The notes below the pieces were generated by a model. The model had not been told where the DNA came from. It did no database searches and was given only the letters and a program-made list of their open reading frames with translations. Of a DNA stretch of 64,000 nt, positions 63,517-64,000 are shown piece after piece. Source of the DNA: Mobula hypostoma (lineage: Eukaryota); the NCBI RefSeq assembly GCF_963921235.1, contig NC_086097.1:49230001-49294000 (forward strand), in the 5' to 3' direction. Numbering within the stretch: position 1 is the stretch's first letter; each line of letters opens with the position of its first letter. The position numbers and the translations under genes were made by a program.

Positions 63517-63808
63517 GCGCCTCTTCCTATAGATGCTGCTTGGCCTGCTGCGTTCACCAGCAACTTTGATGTATGTTGCTAGAAGTGCATTCACAAGTTT
63601 TCATCCCACCTACACTATGTGTGAAACTTCTCCTCTGGACTTGTTATCCCAATGATTGGGCAATTCTCAGTTGTTCCTTACACATCTACAATCAAGGCAA
63701 GAATTGTTTTGAAAAAATGCACAGAAAGCAATCTCCCGTCAATAACACTGAAAGCACTATATTGCAGCAGAATCATATTGAAAGTCCACCTCTAAAATCA
63801 GGAGCAGA

Positions 63809-64000
63809 ACACAAACAAGAGAAAATCTGCAGATGCTGGAAATCCAAGCAACACACAGAAAATGCTGGAGGAACTCAGCAGGCCAGGCAGCATCAAAGTA
63901 CAGCTGACGTTTCGGCCCGAGACCTTTCTCAGTCCAAAACGTCGACTGTACTCTTTTTCCATAGATGCTGCCTGGCCTGCTGTGTTCCTCCAGCATTTTC
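63809..64000. mobile_element. Penelope-derived short fold-back element (runs off the window end)
   Basis: gaaaatgctggaggaactcagcaggccaggcagcatc / gatgctgcctggcctgctgtgttcctccagcattttc; inversion point inside hammerhead stem II. Confidence 0.85.

Larger units (their letters stand above)
61611..63580. mobile_element. Young Penelope-like element with inverted structure: minus arm 61611-62315, plus arm 62325-63580
   Basis: Two GIY-YIG ends in opposite orientation (61971..62297 minus; ending 63188 plus); RT C-terminal DSHSYLDYSSSHP..IPFSQFLRL; 14-nt deletion frameshift near 62714. Confidence 0.95.

Noticed and set aside
1..64000. CRISPR array, rRNA or prokaryote-type operon
   Set aside because: No regularly spaced repeat-spacer units or rRNA motifs; the recurring sequences are dispersed eukaryotic TE ends

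Overview
Vertebrate, transposon-saturated non-genic (intronic or intergenic) DNA. The repeat mix (CR1 with an SGNH-esterase ORF1, HE1-like V-SINEs, Rex1/Babar, Penelope-like elements) suggests a cartilaginous fish, probably a ray or shark; this is inference from repeat types. No host protein-coding gene, rRNA, tRNA gene or CRISPR array can be supported, and nearly all listed ORFs are decayed transposon frames or their antisense shadows. Content: about 13 CR1 LINE copies or fragments, about 8 Rex1/Babar fragments, about 10 Penelope-like (GIY-YIG) elements or fold-back derivatives carrying minimal hammerhead ribozyme motifs (two with intact cores), two HERO-clade (RLE) LINE 3' ends, an old RTE LINE, a 1043-bp non-autonomous Helitron, solo LTRs, Tc1 and hAT MITEs, SINEs and two copies of a ~680-bp non-autonomous retroelement. 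Many insertions are nested three deep. The most striking unexplained signal is a conserved multi-helix RNA in both HERO 3' UTRs that combines a kink-turn with hammerhead core motifs in a non-canonical strand order. Boundaries without a stated TSD are approximate (tens of bp), and family names come from motif recognition, not database searches.
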